A stretch of 13,542 bases of DNA from positions 1 to 13,542 of IMG/VR virus record IMGVR_UViG_2690315994_000027. One strand, written 5' to 3'. Shown piece after piece: positions 1-7,507 of this stretch. This DNA is from a virus (Duplodnaviria; Heunggongvirae; Uroviricota; Caudoviricetes). Each line of letters opens with the position of its first letter. Positions within the stretch are counted from its first letter, which is position 1. Both the position numbers and the translations under genes were made by a program. The notes under the pieces are model-generated. The model made no database searches. It saw only the letters and a list, made by a program, of their open reading frames with translations, and was not told the origin of the DNA.

Positions 1-342
1 ATGATGAAAAAAAGTATTCTGGCGTTTCTGTTACTCACCAGTTCTGCAGCGGCGCTGGCTGCACCGCAGGTGATTACCGTCAGCCGTTTTGAAGTGGGTA
101 AAGACAAATGGGCGTTTAATCGCGAAGAGGTGATGCTGACTTGCCGACCGGGTAATGCTTTGTATGTCATCAACCCAAGTACCCTCGTGCAGTATCCTTT
201 AAACGATGTCGCACAGAAGGAAGTTGCCAGTGGGAAGACTAAAGCCCAACCCATTTCGGTGATTCAGATTGATGATCCCAACAATCCCGGCGAAAAAATG
301 AGTCTGGCACCGTTTATAGAACGAGCTGAAAAACTCTGTTAA
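1..342 (+). CDS. yebY: Periplasmic DUF2511-family protein (YebY-like), host chromosomal gene
   Basis: 113-aa ORF with typical signal peptide ([22 protein letters not shown]); matches my recollection of E. coli YebY; stop TAA at 340-342 followed by hairpin terminator; lies next to SdsR as in the K-12 pphA-ryeA/B-yebY locus. Not searched. Confidence 0.7.
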   Translation: MMKKSILAFLLLTSSAAALAAPQVITVSRFEVGKDKWAFNREEVMLTCRPGNALYVINPSTLVQYPLNDVAQKEVASGKTKAQPISVIQIDDPNNPGEKMSLAPFIERAEKLC

Positions 343-371
343 TTACCTAAAATAGCCTTTTGATTTCCAAT

Positions 372-413
372 AAAAAAACCGCCTCAGTTCTTTCACCAGA
401 ACGGGCGGTTTTT
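372..413. terminator. Bidirectional intrinsic terminator downstream of yebY
   Basis: A-tract 372-378, stem CCGCC 379-383 / GGCGG 404-408 with inner GTTCT 387-391 / AGAAC 398-402 pairing, T5 409-413. A-run on one side and T-run on the other make it usable in both directions. Confidence 0.55.
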
Positions 414-486
414 AACATTTAAGCTGATGACCACCGCGCTTTTTATTGACCATTTTGCACGCAAACTGGAAAGCCTGGCGTCGTCA

Positions 487-497
487 TCTATTCTTAA
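487..497 (+). promoter_or_regulatory. Sigma-S type -10 element (TCTATTCTTAA) for SdsR
   Basis: Sequence resembles the RpoS -10 consensus TCTATACTTAA; sits 4-6 nt upstream of the proposed sRNA 5' end at about 501; no good -35, as is common for sigma-S promoters. Confidence 0.45.
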
Positions 498-500
498 AGG

Positions 501-603
501 GCAAGGCAACTAAGCCTGCATTAATGCCAACTTTTAGCGCACGGCTCTCTCCCAAGAGCCATTTCCCTGGACCGAATACAGGAATCGTATTCGGTCTTTT
601 TTT
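501..603 (+). ncRNA. sdsR: SdsR (RyeB) RpoS-dependent small RNA
   Basis: About 103 nt non-coding stretch beginning GCAAGGCAACTAAGCCTGCATTAATGCC and ending in a perfect terminator hairpin plus T8; matches my memory of E. coli SdsR/RyeB and its genomic context beside yebY. Boundaries approximate. Confidence 0.6.
571..603 (+). terminator. Intrinsic terminator (3' end of SdsR)
   Basis: Perfect 9-bp stem ACCGAATAC 571-579 / GTATTCGGT 587-595, 7-nt loop, then CTTTTTTT 596-603. Confidence 0.75.
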
Positions 604-604
604 A

Positions 605-631
605 ATTGTATTTAAAATCAATCAGTTGCAA
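605..631 (-). promoter_or_regulatory. Predicted minus-strand sigma70 promoter, candidate promoter of the antisense RNA RyeA/SraC
   Basis: On the minus strand: -35 TTGCAA (plus 626-631), 15-16 bp spacer, -10 TACAAT (plus 605-610). A transcript would run antisense across SdsR toward the bidirectional terminator at 372-413 (about 225 nt). Confidence 0.3.
616..628. promoter_or_regulatory. IHF consensus site in the attL P' arm
   Basis: AATCAATCAGTTG fits WATCAANNNNTTR exactly; lies between the presumed core (SdsR 3' end) and the tandem arm repeats, like H' in lambda attP. Confidence 0.45.
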
Positions 632-636
632 ACGTC

Positions 637-668
637 TCCCCGAAATTCCCCGAAATTTACTCGAATTT
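637..668 (+). repeat. Three tandem ~10-bp direct repeats, candidate integrase arm-type binding sites
   Basis: CCCCGAAATT at 637-646 and 647-656, degenerate third copy ACTCGAATTT at about 658-668; located 70-100 bp downstream of the int stop codon, analogous to lambda P'1-P'3. Confidence 0.45.
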
Positions 669-734
669 CTGTATTCCGGTCTTTTTTGGTTATATCACAA
701 CCAAAATACATTTAACAATCCATTTACGTTAAAA

Positions 735-1811
735 TCAGAGCAATAAGTACGTTTTTTCTCTCTCATCAAGATACATTTTTGTTGTCTTCTCCGATGTGTG
801 GCCAAGTAGACGCTGAGCAAATTCTTCTCCACATGTTTCTTTGTACAATCGTCCAGCCAGACTTCTGATCTCGTGAAAAGTTGGTGGGTTTTCACTGAAC
901 TGGATACCTGTTAATTTTCTGGCTGCGACAAATTTTTTTGTCAGGCCATCCGGGTGAATGCTGCCGTCAGGGCTGTTTTTTCTAATTCCGGCACTGATTA
1001 GAAAATCTCCCCGGCTTACCAGGCGGCACCGTTCAACTACTGTACCAAGACGTAGACCAGCGACAGGAAGGCTGAGTGACAGGGGGATAGCAATCATCAT
1101 TCCTGTCTTAATTTGCCTGATGTGGAGACGATCATCATAAATCTCACTGAACCGCATATTCGTTATGTCTTCGCGACGTTGTCCTGTTACAAGGGCTAAG
1201 TCCATAGCTAATGGGAACCATGCCGGAAGTTGATCTGCTGCCTCCCTGATGCAGTTGTATGTCTTTAGTTTCAGTCGTTCTCTTGTAACTACTATTTTCG
1301 GTGCTCTTGTTGGCGTTACTGGATTTTGAGATATACGTCCTTCAACAATGGCCTCGCGAAACATATCAGACAACACAGAACGCATTGATCCTGCCATTGT
1401 GTTTTTCCCTCCTTCAATCCACAAATCAAGAAATTCGGCAATATGGCGAGTGGTTATTTCTGTCAGTAAAATCCCTCCTAATTTTTCTTTTATTGTCTCC
1501 AGTTGATTTACCCGAGTTTTATAAGTATTTCTGGACACTTTTCTCCTTATAAGAATTGTTTTGTAACGTTCAATCCAGTCTGCCATAGTAAATGAGTCGA
1601 ACCCTTTAAGTTTTTCAATTAAGGCAGCAGGAGAGTAGTTTTTGTATATATAATGATTTGCTTCAATTGCCTGCGCTACTGCATCTCTTCTTGAAATTTT
1701 ACCTAGTGTAAATTCTTCTTTCGTCAGAGGGTTGCGCCAGTAATATGCTTTGTCTCTCCTTCGATATGTTAAGTTTCTAGGCAAATTGGGATCGTATTTT
1801 TTCCGCTGCAT
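735..1811 (-). CDS. int: Tyrosine site-specific integrase (lambda Int family)
   Basis: 358 aa; N-terminal arm-binding-like region ([27 protein letters not shown]) resembles lambda Int; C-terminal catalytic motifs ([11 protein letters not shown]... [14 protein letters not shown]) with terminal Tyr; adjacent to the att arm. Confidence 0.95.
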   Translation of the reverse strand: MQRKKYDPNLPRNLTYRRRDKAYYWRNPLTKEEFTLGKISRRDAVAQAIEANHYIYKNYSPAALIEKLKGFDSFTMADWIERYKTILIRRKVSRNTYKTRVNQLETIKEKLGGILLTEITTRHIAEFLDLWIEGGKNTMAGSMRSVLSDMFREAIVEGRISQNPVTPTRAPKIVVTRERLKLKTYNCIREAADQLPAWFPLAMDLALVTGQRREDITNMRFSEIYDDRLHIRQIKTGMMIAIPLSLSLPVAGLRLGTVVERCRLVSRGDFLISAGIRKNSPDGSIHPDGLTKKFVAARKLTGIQFSENPPTFHEIRSLAGRLYKETCGEEFAQRLLGHTSEKTTKMYLDEREKTYLLL

Positions 1812-2058
1812 TTTTTAACTTCTCCAGTAACGGACTGTCTCTCCCTTGTCGCCCATTGGGCTGATGGTGTGTTATATCGGTATCAACCTTATTCGGGTTG
1901 ATATAGAAAGCCTCCGGAACTACCCTGTAACTCCTCCCGTGTAGTTCAGGTGCAGGATAAATGTTTCCATTCCTTGCCCACCGTCTCAGCGTTGATATTG
2001 ATGGTGGGTTATCCGGATATCTGAGTTTTCCCCACGTTTTGAGCGTCACAAGATTCAT
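1777..2058 (-). CDS. xis: Excisionase (Xis)
   Basis: About 93 aa; LTLKTWGKL...STLRRWARNGNIYPAPELHGRSYRV resembles lambda Xis (LTLQEW...VRRW...FPPP...GREY); 3' end overlaps the int start by 35 nt; start ATG at 2058 chosen because AAGAGG lies 7 nt upstream (the track's ATG at 2064 has 1-nt spacing). Confidence 0.8.
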   Translation of the reverse strand: MNLVTLKTWGKLRYPDNPPSISTLRRWARNGNIYPAPELHGRSYRVVPEAFYINPNKVDTDITHHQPNGRQGRDSPLLEKLKNAAEKIRSQFA

Positions 2059-2164
2059 TGCCATACCTCTTACGATATGACCGCCAGTAAATATACAGAA
2101 TACTGGCGGGTGTGGTTGATTTTTAATAATCAGCTATGAAGTTCTAATTTGTATATAATGCAAC

Positions 2165-2353
2165 TCACGAGGACAGAAGTTTCTCGCAATTAAAATTTAT
2201 CAGCTTTACTTTCTGCTCTCTGGACACGCCTGCTTCTTTTTTCCCTGAGAGCATTTTTTCGCATTCTGATTTCGTTAATTTAGATTTTGAATATCTTGTC
2301 CAGTTAGTAGGAGTGCCACCTTCTTTTTCAATAGTGGCAGTAATTTTATACAT
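2165..2353 (-). CDS. Small basic hypothetical protein (62 aa), translationally coupled to lar (position of Rac ydaC)
   Basis: ATG at 2351-2353 lies inside the lar 3' end (ATGTATAA overlap) with GGAGG 5 nt upstream; the track's longer 86-aa version starts inside lar in another frame. Confidence 0.5.
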   Translation of the reverse strand: MYKITATIEKEGGTPTNWTRYSKSKLTKSECEKMLSGKKEAGVSREQKVKLINFNCEKLLSS

Positions 2354-2540
2354 GAACACCTCCATTATTATTTCCAGTAGTTCGTTTATTCCATCTTTCG
2401 AGTGCTTCTTTTTCACTTCCACCATAGCCAGTTCGGGATTCGCATCCGTTGCATTTTGCCCGGTAATATCCTGAAATTGCTTTCACCGTAACAGATGGAC
2501 AACCACAAAACGGACATGGTTTAACATCGTCATATCTCAT
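2346..2540 (-). CDS. ralR: Lar/RalR restriction-alleviation protein (zinc-ribbon; reported toxin of the RalR/RalA type I TA pair)
   Basis: MRYDDVKPCPFCGCPSVTVKAISGYYRAKCNGCESRTGYGGSEKEALERWNKRTTGNNNGGVHV, 64 aa from the ATG at 2540; CPFCG...C..C motif typical of the Lar family; the track's start at 2552 adds 4 residues; neither start has a strong SD. Confidence 0.8.
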   Translation of the reverse strand: MRYDDVKPCPFCGCPSVTVKAISGYYRAKCNGCESRTGYGGSEKEALERWNKRTTGNNNGGVHV

Positions 2541-2595
2541 AATTTTTGTCATAAAAACTGTCTCACGTTGGCGGGCATTACACCGCCAGGCTGAA

Positions 2596-3405
2596 TTATT
2601 CTTCTGAATTATCGATTACACTGTATTCCCCGGTTAATACAGAGGAGTCTGCCGGATCGATTGTCAGTGGTTCCTTTTCATCCATTGATACTGCACGCTG
2701 GATTTCAATTGAGACAGGCAGGTATTTAAACAGGCGACGAATAGCCGTTTTTTTTGCCATTTCTTCCCAGTGAGTTACCCACGGCCCGTTATTACCAGCC
2801 TTACTCTGGCTGCGCACCAGTTCAATCTGTTTGCGCGTCATAACTTCAAACTGAGTCCCTCCGTCTTTCAGTCTTGCGACAGCATAGACGTGGGTCACTG
2901 GTGCATCTTCGTTTTCTCCCGGGCGGTGTATTAACTTTTCATCAAGGCCAAATTCAAAACTAAACTCGTCACCTTCACGGACAACACGGGCTGACAGGCT
3001 GGCGATTTGACCAGAACGGCGAGCCAGATCAATCATGCCGCGATAACCAATGATTAGCTGAACGTTCTTTTTACCGCTCTTTTCGTTTTTATTACCAAAA
3101 GGCAGTAAATATGCGTGGCCGAGGGCGCTACCTGGCTCAAGGCCGAGCTGTGAACACTGAACGATCGCACTGACAAAACTCATGGTGTCACAGTTTCCTA
3201 GCGCCGGAACCTTACGAATTTCTGTGGTGGCGATACGTATCATTCGTTCAGCCGTCATATGGCGTGGGAGAGCTGCTGCCAGTTGCTCTTTCATTGATGG
3301 CTGATTAATAAAGCTGATCACGTCGTTATTTTTTACTGCTGCTGGTGCACGGTTTCCCTGGGTTTTTTGCAGATCGGCTTTTGCGATAGGTGGTTGCTTA
3401 GTCAT
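2596..3405 (-). CDS. recT: RecT single-strand annealing recombinase
   Basis: 269 aa from [24 protein letters not shown]...; recognised as E. coli RecT; AAGGAG 7 nt upstream of the ATG at 3405; start overlaps the recE stop (3398-3400). Confidence 0.95.
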   Translation of the reverse strand: MTKQPPIAKADLQKTQGNRAPAAVKNNDVISFINQPSMKEQLAAALPRHMTAERMIRIATTEIRKVPALGNCDTMSFVSAIVQCSQLGLEPGSALGHAYLLPFGNKNEKSGKKNVQLIIGYRGMIDLARRSGQIASLSARVVREGDEFSFEFGLDEKLIHRPGENEDAPVTHVYAVARLKDGGTQFEVMTRKQIELVRSQSKAGNNGPWVTHWEEMAKKTAIRRLFKYLPVSIEIQRAVSMDEKEPLTIDPADSSVLTGEYSVIDNSEE

Positions 3406-6076
3406 TTGCATACTCCTTAGCCCAGCGGGGCAGTGATAACGTTTTAATAGCTGGCCATTCATCGGTATTCAGGCAGTCAGCCAGGGTCCTCAGATTGCGG
3501 TGATATTCCTGCTGGCCTGCCAGTTTTGCTTCTTCGCCCATCATGAAAATCTCAACCGGGTAACGTCCGCATTCAACAGTTGTGCTGGCAACCAGAAAAA
3601 CGAAAGTTGGCAGCACACCAAACTGTGCTTCATAACCGTCACTGTAGAATGCATCCTGAACGTGATAGCGGTAGTCGTAATAAGCCGTTTTGAATCGTTG
3701 AATATCCGCTGTGGTTTTCACGTCCATGATCCAGTGAAATTCAGGGATAATTTTGTCCGGACGGCACCGACACAAAATTCCTGTTTCAGGATCTTCCCAG
3801 TAAATTGATGATTCAGCGTGTCCGGCGCTTTCAACAAGCCATTGACCCAGCGGCAAAGCCATAACGCTCTGATACATGAGTTCAATTTTCCGGCCTTCTT
3901 CGGCAGTGATAACCGTTTTTCCTGTGCTTGCGCATTCCATCAGAAACGCTTTCTCCTCTTCTTTTCCGGCGGTTGTACGGCGGTTAAATTCAGGTGCCAC
4001 GATAAAGCGGTTACTGAATTCTTCCGGTTCAAGTACACGGCAGTGGAAAGCGGTTCCTAAATCGAGCGTTTTTGTCTTTGTGGTGTCCACTGGGGCATTT
4101 TTACGCCACAAATACAGAGCCGGAGTATCAGCAATGTCGTCGAGCTGAGACTTACTGACACCGGGACCCGCGTGGTAATTCTCATTCGAAATTCCGTAAT
4201 AAATACCAGGCTCTATGTCTCCTGCGATTACGGGATCTGCGACTTCGCCAGTTTCATCACTGCAATCGCGATGCGGATCGCTGCCAGCATTCTCCTTGTG
4301 TGGATGTTCAGCGCCTTCCATTTTCTCCGGCTCATTTTCCCGAACTTCAACCTGATTCTCGTCATCGAATGTTTCCTGATATGTTGCGTCGCCCATCACC
4401 GCACCACAGTCAGGGCAGTTATCCCCGCCAGACTGACCGCAGGCGGTGCAAACTTTCTCCGTTTCCTGTTGTTGCACTACTGGCTCAGGCTGTTTCGTTT
4501 CTGGCTCGTTTTGTTGCGTATTTGGGTCGTTCTGTTCCGCTTTCTGGTCGTTCTGTTCCGTTTCTGGCTGATTCTGGTATATAGAGTCGCGGGTCTGGAT
4601 CCCCTTAACCCATTTCGGGTCATTCGGGTCGCTAATCCCTTCAACAAATTCTCCGCGAGAGGCAGCCAGTAATTTGTCTGCATCGACAGGATTTTTTGGC
4701 GGAATGTTTTTCCGGGCTTCATGGAGTTCTGCCCGCAGTTCCAGATATTTCGCATCAACAGAATTTACCTGTGACTGAGCATCCAGCGGCTGCGTGTCCT
4801 GATGATGTTCAGTTGCATCCGGTTCCACTGTTTCAGCCGTTGCCTGTTCATCTGCCATTGCGCCAGATGGTTGCGGTTTTTCTTCGTCATCCTGTTTTTC
4901 TTCTTCTGTTACACGCTGCGGCATCGGGGCAGAGGAGCGACCACAGGCAATATCCACGATTTCTGGATCAGGGTTGGCATGATCGGTTTCAATAAGTACC
5001 TTGTTCAGATATTCAGTGACATGCGCAGTGATGACCTCGATACCAATTGGTGCTTCTTTCACGGCCGCAACCACGATGGCACGGGAATAATCCAGCCCAC
5101 CAGGCATGGCGATGAATTTGTCGCGGAAAACAGAAAAGGGCGGTTTATTTTCAGCGATAATTTCCTCGACACGTTTAGCGTGTGCCGGATGAAGGTTATA
5201 AATGTCCACGTCCATTGAACGAGCCAGTACGCCAGTGGCTACGTCGCGCGCCAGTGACGTCAGATCGTGAACGAAACCTTCGCCGCGATCGGTGAGGTTC
5301 CCGCCGCCAGCATTAGCGCCGGAAGCCGTGCGCGTGATGCGTGAAACACGATTTCCTTTCATCCACTCTTTTGTCAGCAGACCGCGATCGGTGTAGTCTG
5401 CGTCCAGGTATGCTTCGAAAAAAGCAGTCATCAGCCCCAGACTTGAATTGCCAGGATTAGGGAAAACTTTGTCAGTATCACGAACCAGTCTGTGAAGATC
5501 GCGAATCTCCAGCGGGTCGAGCAGGCTGGTTTTGTGGGAAACAGCCAGGGCAGTAACAGCTGGTAGTTCTTCAGCCCGTGCAATATGTAATACCTGGAGT
5601 TCGTCACGTGAAACGTGCGTTACCGGTTTTTCGCTGCCGTGTTGAGCAAGCCAGCGAATGGACAGCTCTTGGCCAGAAATCGGGAGTGGCATATTCTCCT
5701 CAATCTCAGTCATGTCTTCGCCATTAACATTGGTATTGTCAGTGCTGGCTGTTTTGTCCTGCGCAGAGGATGAGGGCGCGATAAATACCATTGTGATGCC
5801 ATCTTCCCCGCCTTTTTCGTAACGGTTGCAGAATTCCGTATCAAATACGCCTTCTGGTGGGAGGTCATCAACAACGGGCAAATTGACGCGAACAGGTTTT
5901 TTGAAGTCATCTTCATCGTATCCAGCATCGTCAATCGCAACAGCACCACGGGAGATGGCAATGGATAATTTTTTCGCTTCAGCCCAGTAGAAACCGCCTT
6001 TAATACCGAGACGTTTTCTTACTTTGTCATTTTTTGCTTCGTAATACAGTGGGTAAACTTGTTTATCGGTGCTCAT
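3398..6076 (-). CDS. recE: RecE exonuclease VIII (5'-3' dsDNA exonuclease)
   Basis: 892 aa; long central and C-terminal stretches ([42 protein letters not shown] ... [10 protein letters not shown]) match my recollection of RecE; the N-terminal about 100 aa and a linker repeat appear to differ from the K-12 protein as I remember it. Confidence 0.95.
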   Translation of the reverse strand: MSTDKQVYPLYYEAKNDKVRKRLGIKGGFYWAEAKKLSIAISRGAVAIDDAGYDEDDFKKPVRVNLPVVDDLPPEGVFDTEFCNRYEKGGEDGITMVFIAPSSSAQDKTASTDNTNVNGEDMTEIEENMPLPISGQELSIRWLAQHGSEKPVTHVSRDELQVLHIARAEELPAVTALAVSHKTSLLDPLEIRDLHRLVRDTDKVFPNPGNSSLGLMTAFFEAYLDADYTDRGLLTKEWMKGNRVSRITRTASGANAGGGNLTDRGEGFVHDLTSLARDVATGVLARSMDVDIYNLHPAHAKRVEEIIAENKPPFSVFRDKFIAMPGGLDYSRAIVVAAVKEAPIGIEVITAHVTEYLNKVLIETDHANPDPEIVDIACGRSSAPMPQRVTEEEKQDDEEKPQPSGAMADEQATAETVEPDATEHHQDTQPLDAQSQVNSVDAKYLELRAELHEARKNIPPKNPVDADKLLAASRGEFVEGISDPNDPKWVKGIQTRDSIYQNQPETEQNDQKAEQNDPNTQQNEPETKQPEPVVQQQETEKVCTACGQSGGDNCPDCGAVMGDATYQETFDDENQVEVRENEPEKMEGAEHPHKENAGSDPHRDCSDETGEVADPVIAGDIEPGIYYGISNENYHAGPGVSKSQLDDIADTPALYLWRKNAPVDTTKTKTLDLGTAFHCRVLEPEEFSNRFIVAPEFNRRTTAGKEEEKAFLMECASTGKTVITAEEGRKIELMYQSVMALPLGQWLVESAGHAESSIYWEDPETGILCRCRPDKIIPEFHWIMDVKTTADIQRFKTAYYDYRYHVQDAFYSDGYEAQFGVLPTFVFLVASTTVECGRYPVEIFMMGEEAKLAGQQEYHRNLRTLADCLNTDEWPAIKTLSLPRWAKEYAND
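4484..4567 (-). repeat. Four in-frame 21-bp tandem repeats inside recE (heptad peptide repeats [28 protein letters not shown])
   Basis: Direct repetition visible in the DNA (GGTCGTTCTGTTCCGCTTTCT / GGTCGTTCTGTTCCGTTTCTG / related flanking units); frame preserved. Confidence 0.7.
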
Positions 6077-6146
6077 TGTTTTTTAACCTCAACTCAGATT
6101 AAAATTAATGCGAGTGATGAATAAATGTCCCAGGTTCTTCACTCAG

Positions 6147-6175
6147 GCCTGCACAGTGTGCAGGCTTTCTTTTTT
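6147..6175 (+). terminator. Plus-strand intrinsic terminator between recE and racC (no upstream plus-strand gene)
   Basis: Perfect 8-bp GC-rich stem GCCTGCAC 6147-6154 / GTGCAGGC 6158-6165, 3-nt loop, then TTTCTTTTTT 6166-6175. On the minus strand the hairpin is followed by TGAGTGAAG, so it is orientation-specific for the plus strand. Confidence 0.6.
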
Positions 6176-6450
6176 CAGATTTCACCTTTTAATTTCATTG
6201 CAATCAGAGTTGCCAGAAATTCGGCTTTTTTTTCTGCGGGCAGATTCTTTCCTATGTGCACCAGACACATTTTTTTAACACCATCGTTAAGTGTTTTAAC
6301 GTTGCCTGATGGACCGTCGATATCAACCACAGTGAATGGGGTTTCTTTATTTTCTGTCTTAATCACGTAGCCAATACGCTTTCCTTCCAGGGTAACTTCG
6401 TGAACAATGTCATCAGTAGTAACAACAGTGGCTTCATAACTGGTAATCAT
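6175..6450 (-). CDS. racC: RacC-like protein (91 aa)
   Basis: MITSYEATVVTTDDIVHEV... from the ATG at 6450 with AAGGAG 6 nt upstream; length and sequence match my recollection of Rac RacC; the track's longer ORF adds 16 N-terminal residues without an RBS. Confidence 0.75.
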   Translation of the reverse strand: MITSYEATVVTTDDIVHEVTLEGKRIGYVIKTENKETPFTVVDIDGPSGNVKTLNDGVKKMCLVHIGKNLPAEKKAEFLATLIAMKLKGEI

Positions 6451-6524
6451 GTTTTTCTCCTTAATTAAGGTTGAGCGAATCCCTGCCATTGCTGGCATAA
6501 ATTCAGTTTCGGATAGTCAGTTAA

Positions 6525-6695
6525 TTAAAGTTCGTGTGCCATCTGGTCTTTTTCGGCACAGATTTCACTACAATATTTTTTCATTTCCGTCGTTGGTATA
6601 ACTCCACGCATGAAATGAAGTGGTCTTGTAATGATTTTGCTTTCTTCAATTTCTTTATTGCAAAGGTGATAAGCACATTTTATTTTCTTAGTCAT
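6525..6695 (-). CDS. ydaE: YdaE-like small 4-Cys protein (56 aa), not in the supplied ORF track (<60 aa)
   Basis: Hand translation of the minus strand: [56 protein letters not shown]; the ATG overlaps the kilR stop as TAATG; GGAG 8 nt upstream; Cys at 7, 12, 42, 46. Confidence 0.6.
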   Translation of the reverse strand: MTKKIKCAYHLCNKEIEESKIITRPLHFMRGVIPTTEMKKYCSEICAEKDQMAHEL

Positions 6696-6916
6696 TACCA
6701 TGACTCCGCCTTTACAGGTAAACCATCACGACCGAGGAAGACTCTAATCATGCAGTCAGAAATGCATGTTTTTGTAGTCAGGCTACGAATATAAAGTTTT
6801 CGCTTTTTAATATTGTTTGCCGAGGCGATATATGTCCGACCTTCATGAAGAACATAATCGCCAGGGGTCACACACTGACGTGGTATTTCATCAGTTCCGA
6901 AGTGATGAGCAATCAT
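6695..6916 (-). CDS. kilR: KilR (Rac killing protein, cell division inhibitor)
   Basis: 73 aa from [46 protein letters not shown]...; matches my recollection of KilR; GGAGAT 6 nt upstream of the ATG at 6916. Confidence 0.8.
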   Translation of the reverse strand: MIAHHFGTDEIPRQCVTPGDYVLHEGRTYIASANNIKKRKLYIRSLTTKTCISDCMIRVFLGRDGLPVKAESW

Positions 6917-7081
6917 AATTATCTCCATTTTTACAAATGAATTTTGTCGATGCGGTGCCTGGTGCCTCCAGGTGACGTTAACCAGTTAACAATTAACGCC
7001 GGATAATCCACCCATAACACTGATGCTTTTAACTGTGCTGCGTGCGCTTAGCCGCATTCACCGCATCACAAAATTCACTTT

Positions 7082-7125
7082 AAAAAGGGGCGGCAGGGCA
7101 GCCACGGAGTAGAACTGATGCCGCC
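7082..7125 (-). terminator. Possible weak terminator for leftward transcription (tL-like)
   Basis: On the minus strand: GGCGGCA ... 23-nt loop ... TGCCGCC then CC and T5 (plus A5 at 7082-7086). Long loop and CC spacer make it weak. Confidence 0.25.
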
Positions 7126-7250
7126 AAAGACTACACATAGCAATTGTCGTTATTTACAACCGGAGGCGCACTCCCACCATTTAAATTTAACAGACAAGAC
7201 CGACTCTTTATGAATACCGGAAATGCGCCTTCGTGTTGTGCGCCTGTCTT

Positions 7251-7278
7251 TTTACCACTTCAGGCTCGGTGGTATACT
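7251..7278 (+). promoter_or_regulatory. Predicted promoter with extended -10 (TGgTATACT) for the 64-aa plus-strand ORF
   Basis: -35-like TTTACC 7251-7256, 16-bp spacer, TG 7270-7271, -10 TATACT 7273-7278; ORF start at 7313 with AAGG 7 nt upstream. Confidence 0.35.
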
Positions 7279-7312
7279 GGAGTTCTCACACAACCAGTAA
7301 TAAGGTATTCCT

Positions 7313-7507
7313 ATGGATAATAAAGACAAAGCCTGGCTACTTGCTTTAGCTTTCAGCATCAGATCGCAGCGAGAAACAACTCATCAAGAATTTTTCTCGG
7401 AAATCGAGAATGCTGAGAATGAGTTTTTGTCACTACTCAATGAACGTGATGCTAAAAAAAGCGCCGATTCACTTAAGGCTTGGGCGAAACTAGGCTCTTC
7501 AAAATAA
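7313..7507 (+). CDS. Hypothetical 64-aa protein, opposite orientation to the surrounding leftward operon (position occupied by sieB in Rac/lambda)
   Basis: ORF with its own predicted promoter and a modest RBS; protein-like composition; no recognised motif. Confidence 0.4.
   Translation: MDNKDKAWLLALAFSIRSQRETTHQEFFSEIENAENEFLSLLNERDAKKSADSLKAWAKLGSSK

Noticed and set aside
446-715. 89-aa plus-strand ORF
   Set aside because: It runs straight through the SdsR sRNA, its terminator hairpin and the att arm repeats, and has no RBS; taken as a chance open frame in non-coding DNA.
958-1552. Plus-strand ORFs 958-1140 and 1301-1552
   Set aside because: Antisense shadow frames inside the well-supported int gene.
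2165-2425. 86-aa version of the small ORF downstream of lar
   Set aside because: Its 5' part overlaps lar in another frame; the internal ATG at 2353 with GGAGG upstream is the more credible start.
2596-3462. 288-aa extended RecT (start MNGQLL...)
   Set aside because: The extension overlaps the recE 3' end and lacks an RBS; RecT as I know it starts at MTKQPPIAK (ATG at 3405, AAGGAG upstream).
4484-4567. Short tandem repeats considered as a possible CRISPR-like or minisatellite array
   Set aside because: Units are 21 bp, contiguous without spacers, and in frame within recE; they are coding heptad repeats.
3500-5961. Multiple ORFs on both strands inside recE (plus 3500-3808, 3818-4060, 3876-4148, 4172-4672, 4300-4584, 4696-4995, 4802-5218; minus 4477-4758, 5710-5961)
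   Set aside because: All lie within the 892-aa RecE frame or antisense to it; odd composition (Cys/Phe/Trp/Arg-rich), no RBS.
6125-6794. Plus-strand ORFs 6125-6370 and 6534-6794
   Set aside because: The first runs through the strong terminator at 6147-6175 and is antisense to racC; the second is antisense to ydaE/kilR.
6175-6928. Longer track versions of racC (107 aa) and kilR (77 aa)
   Set aside because: Upstream extensions lack an RBS; internal ATGs at 6450 and 6916 have good SDs and give the lengths I recall for RacC (91 aa) and KilR (73 aa).
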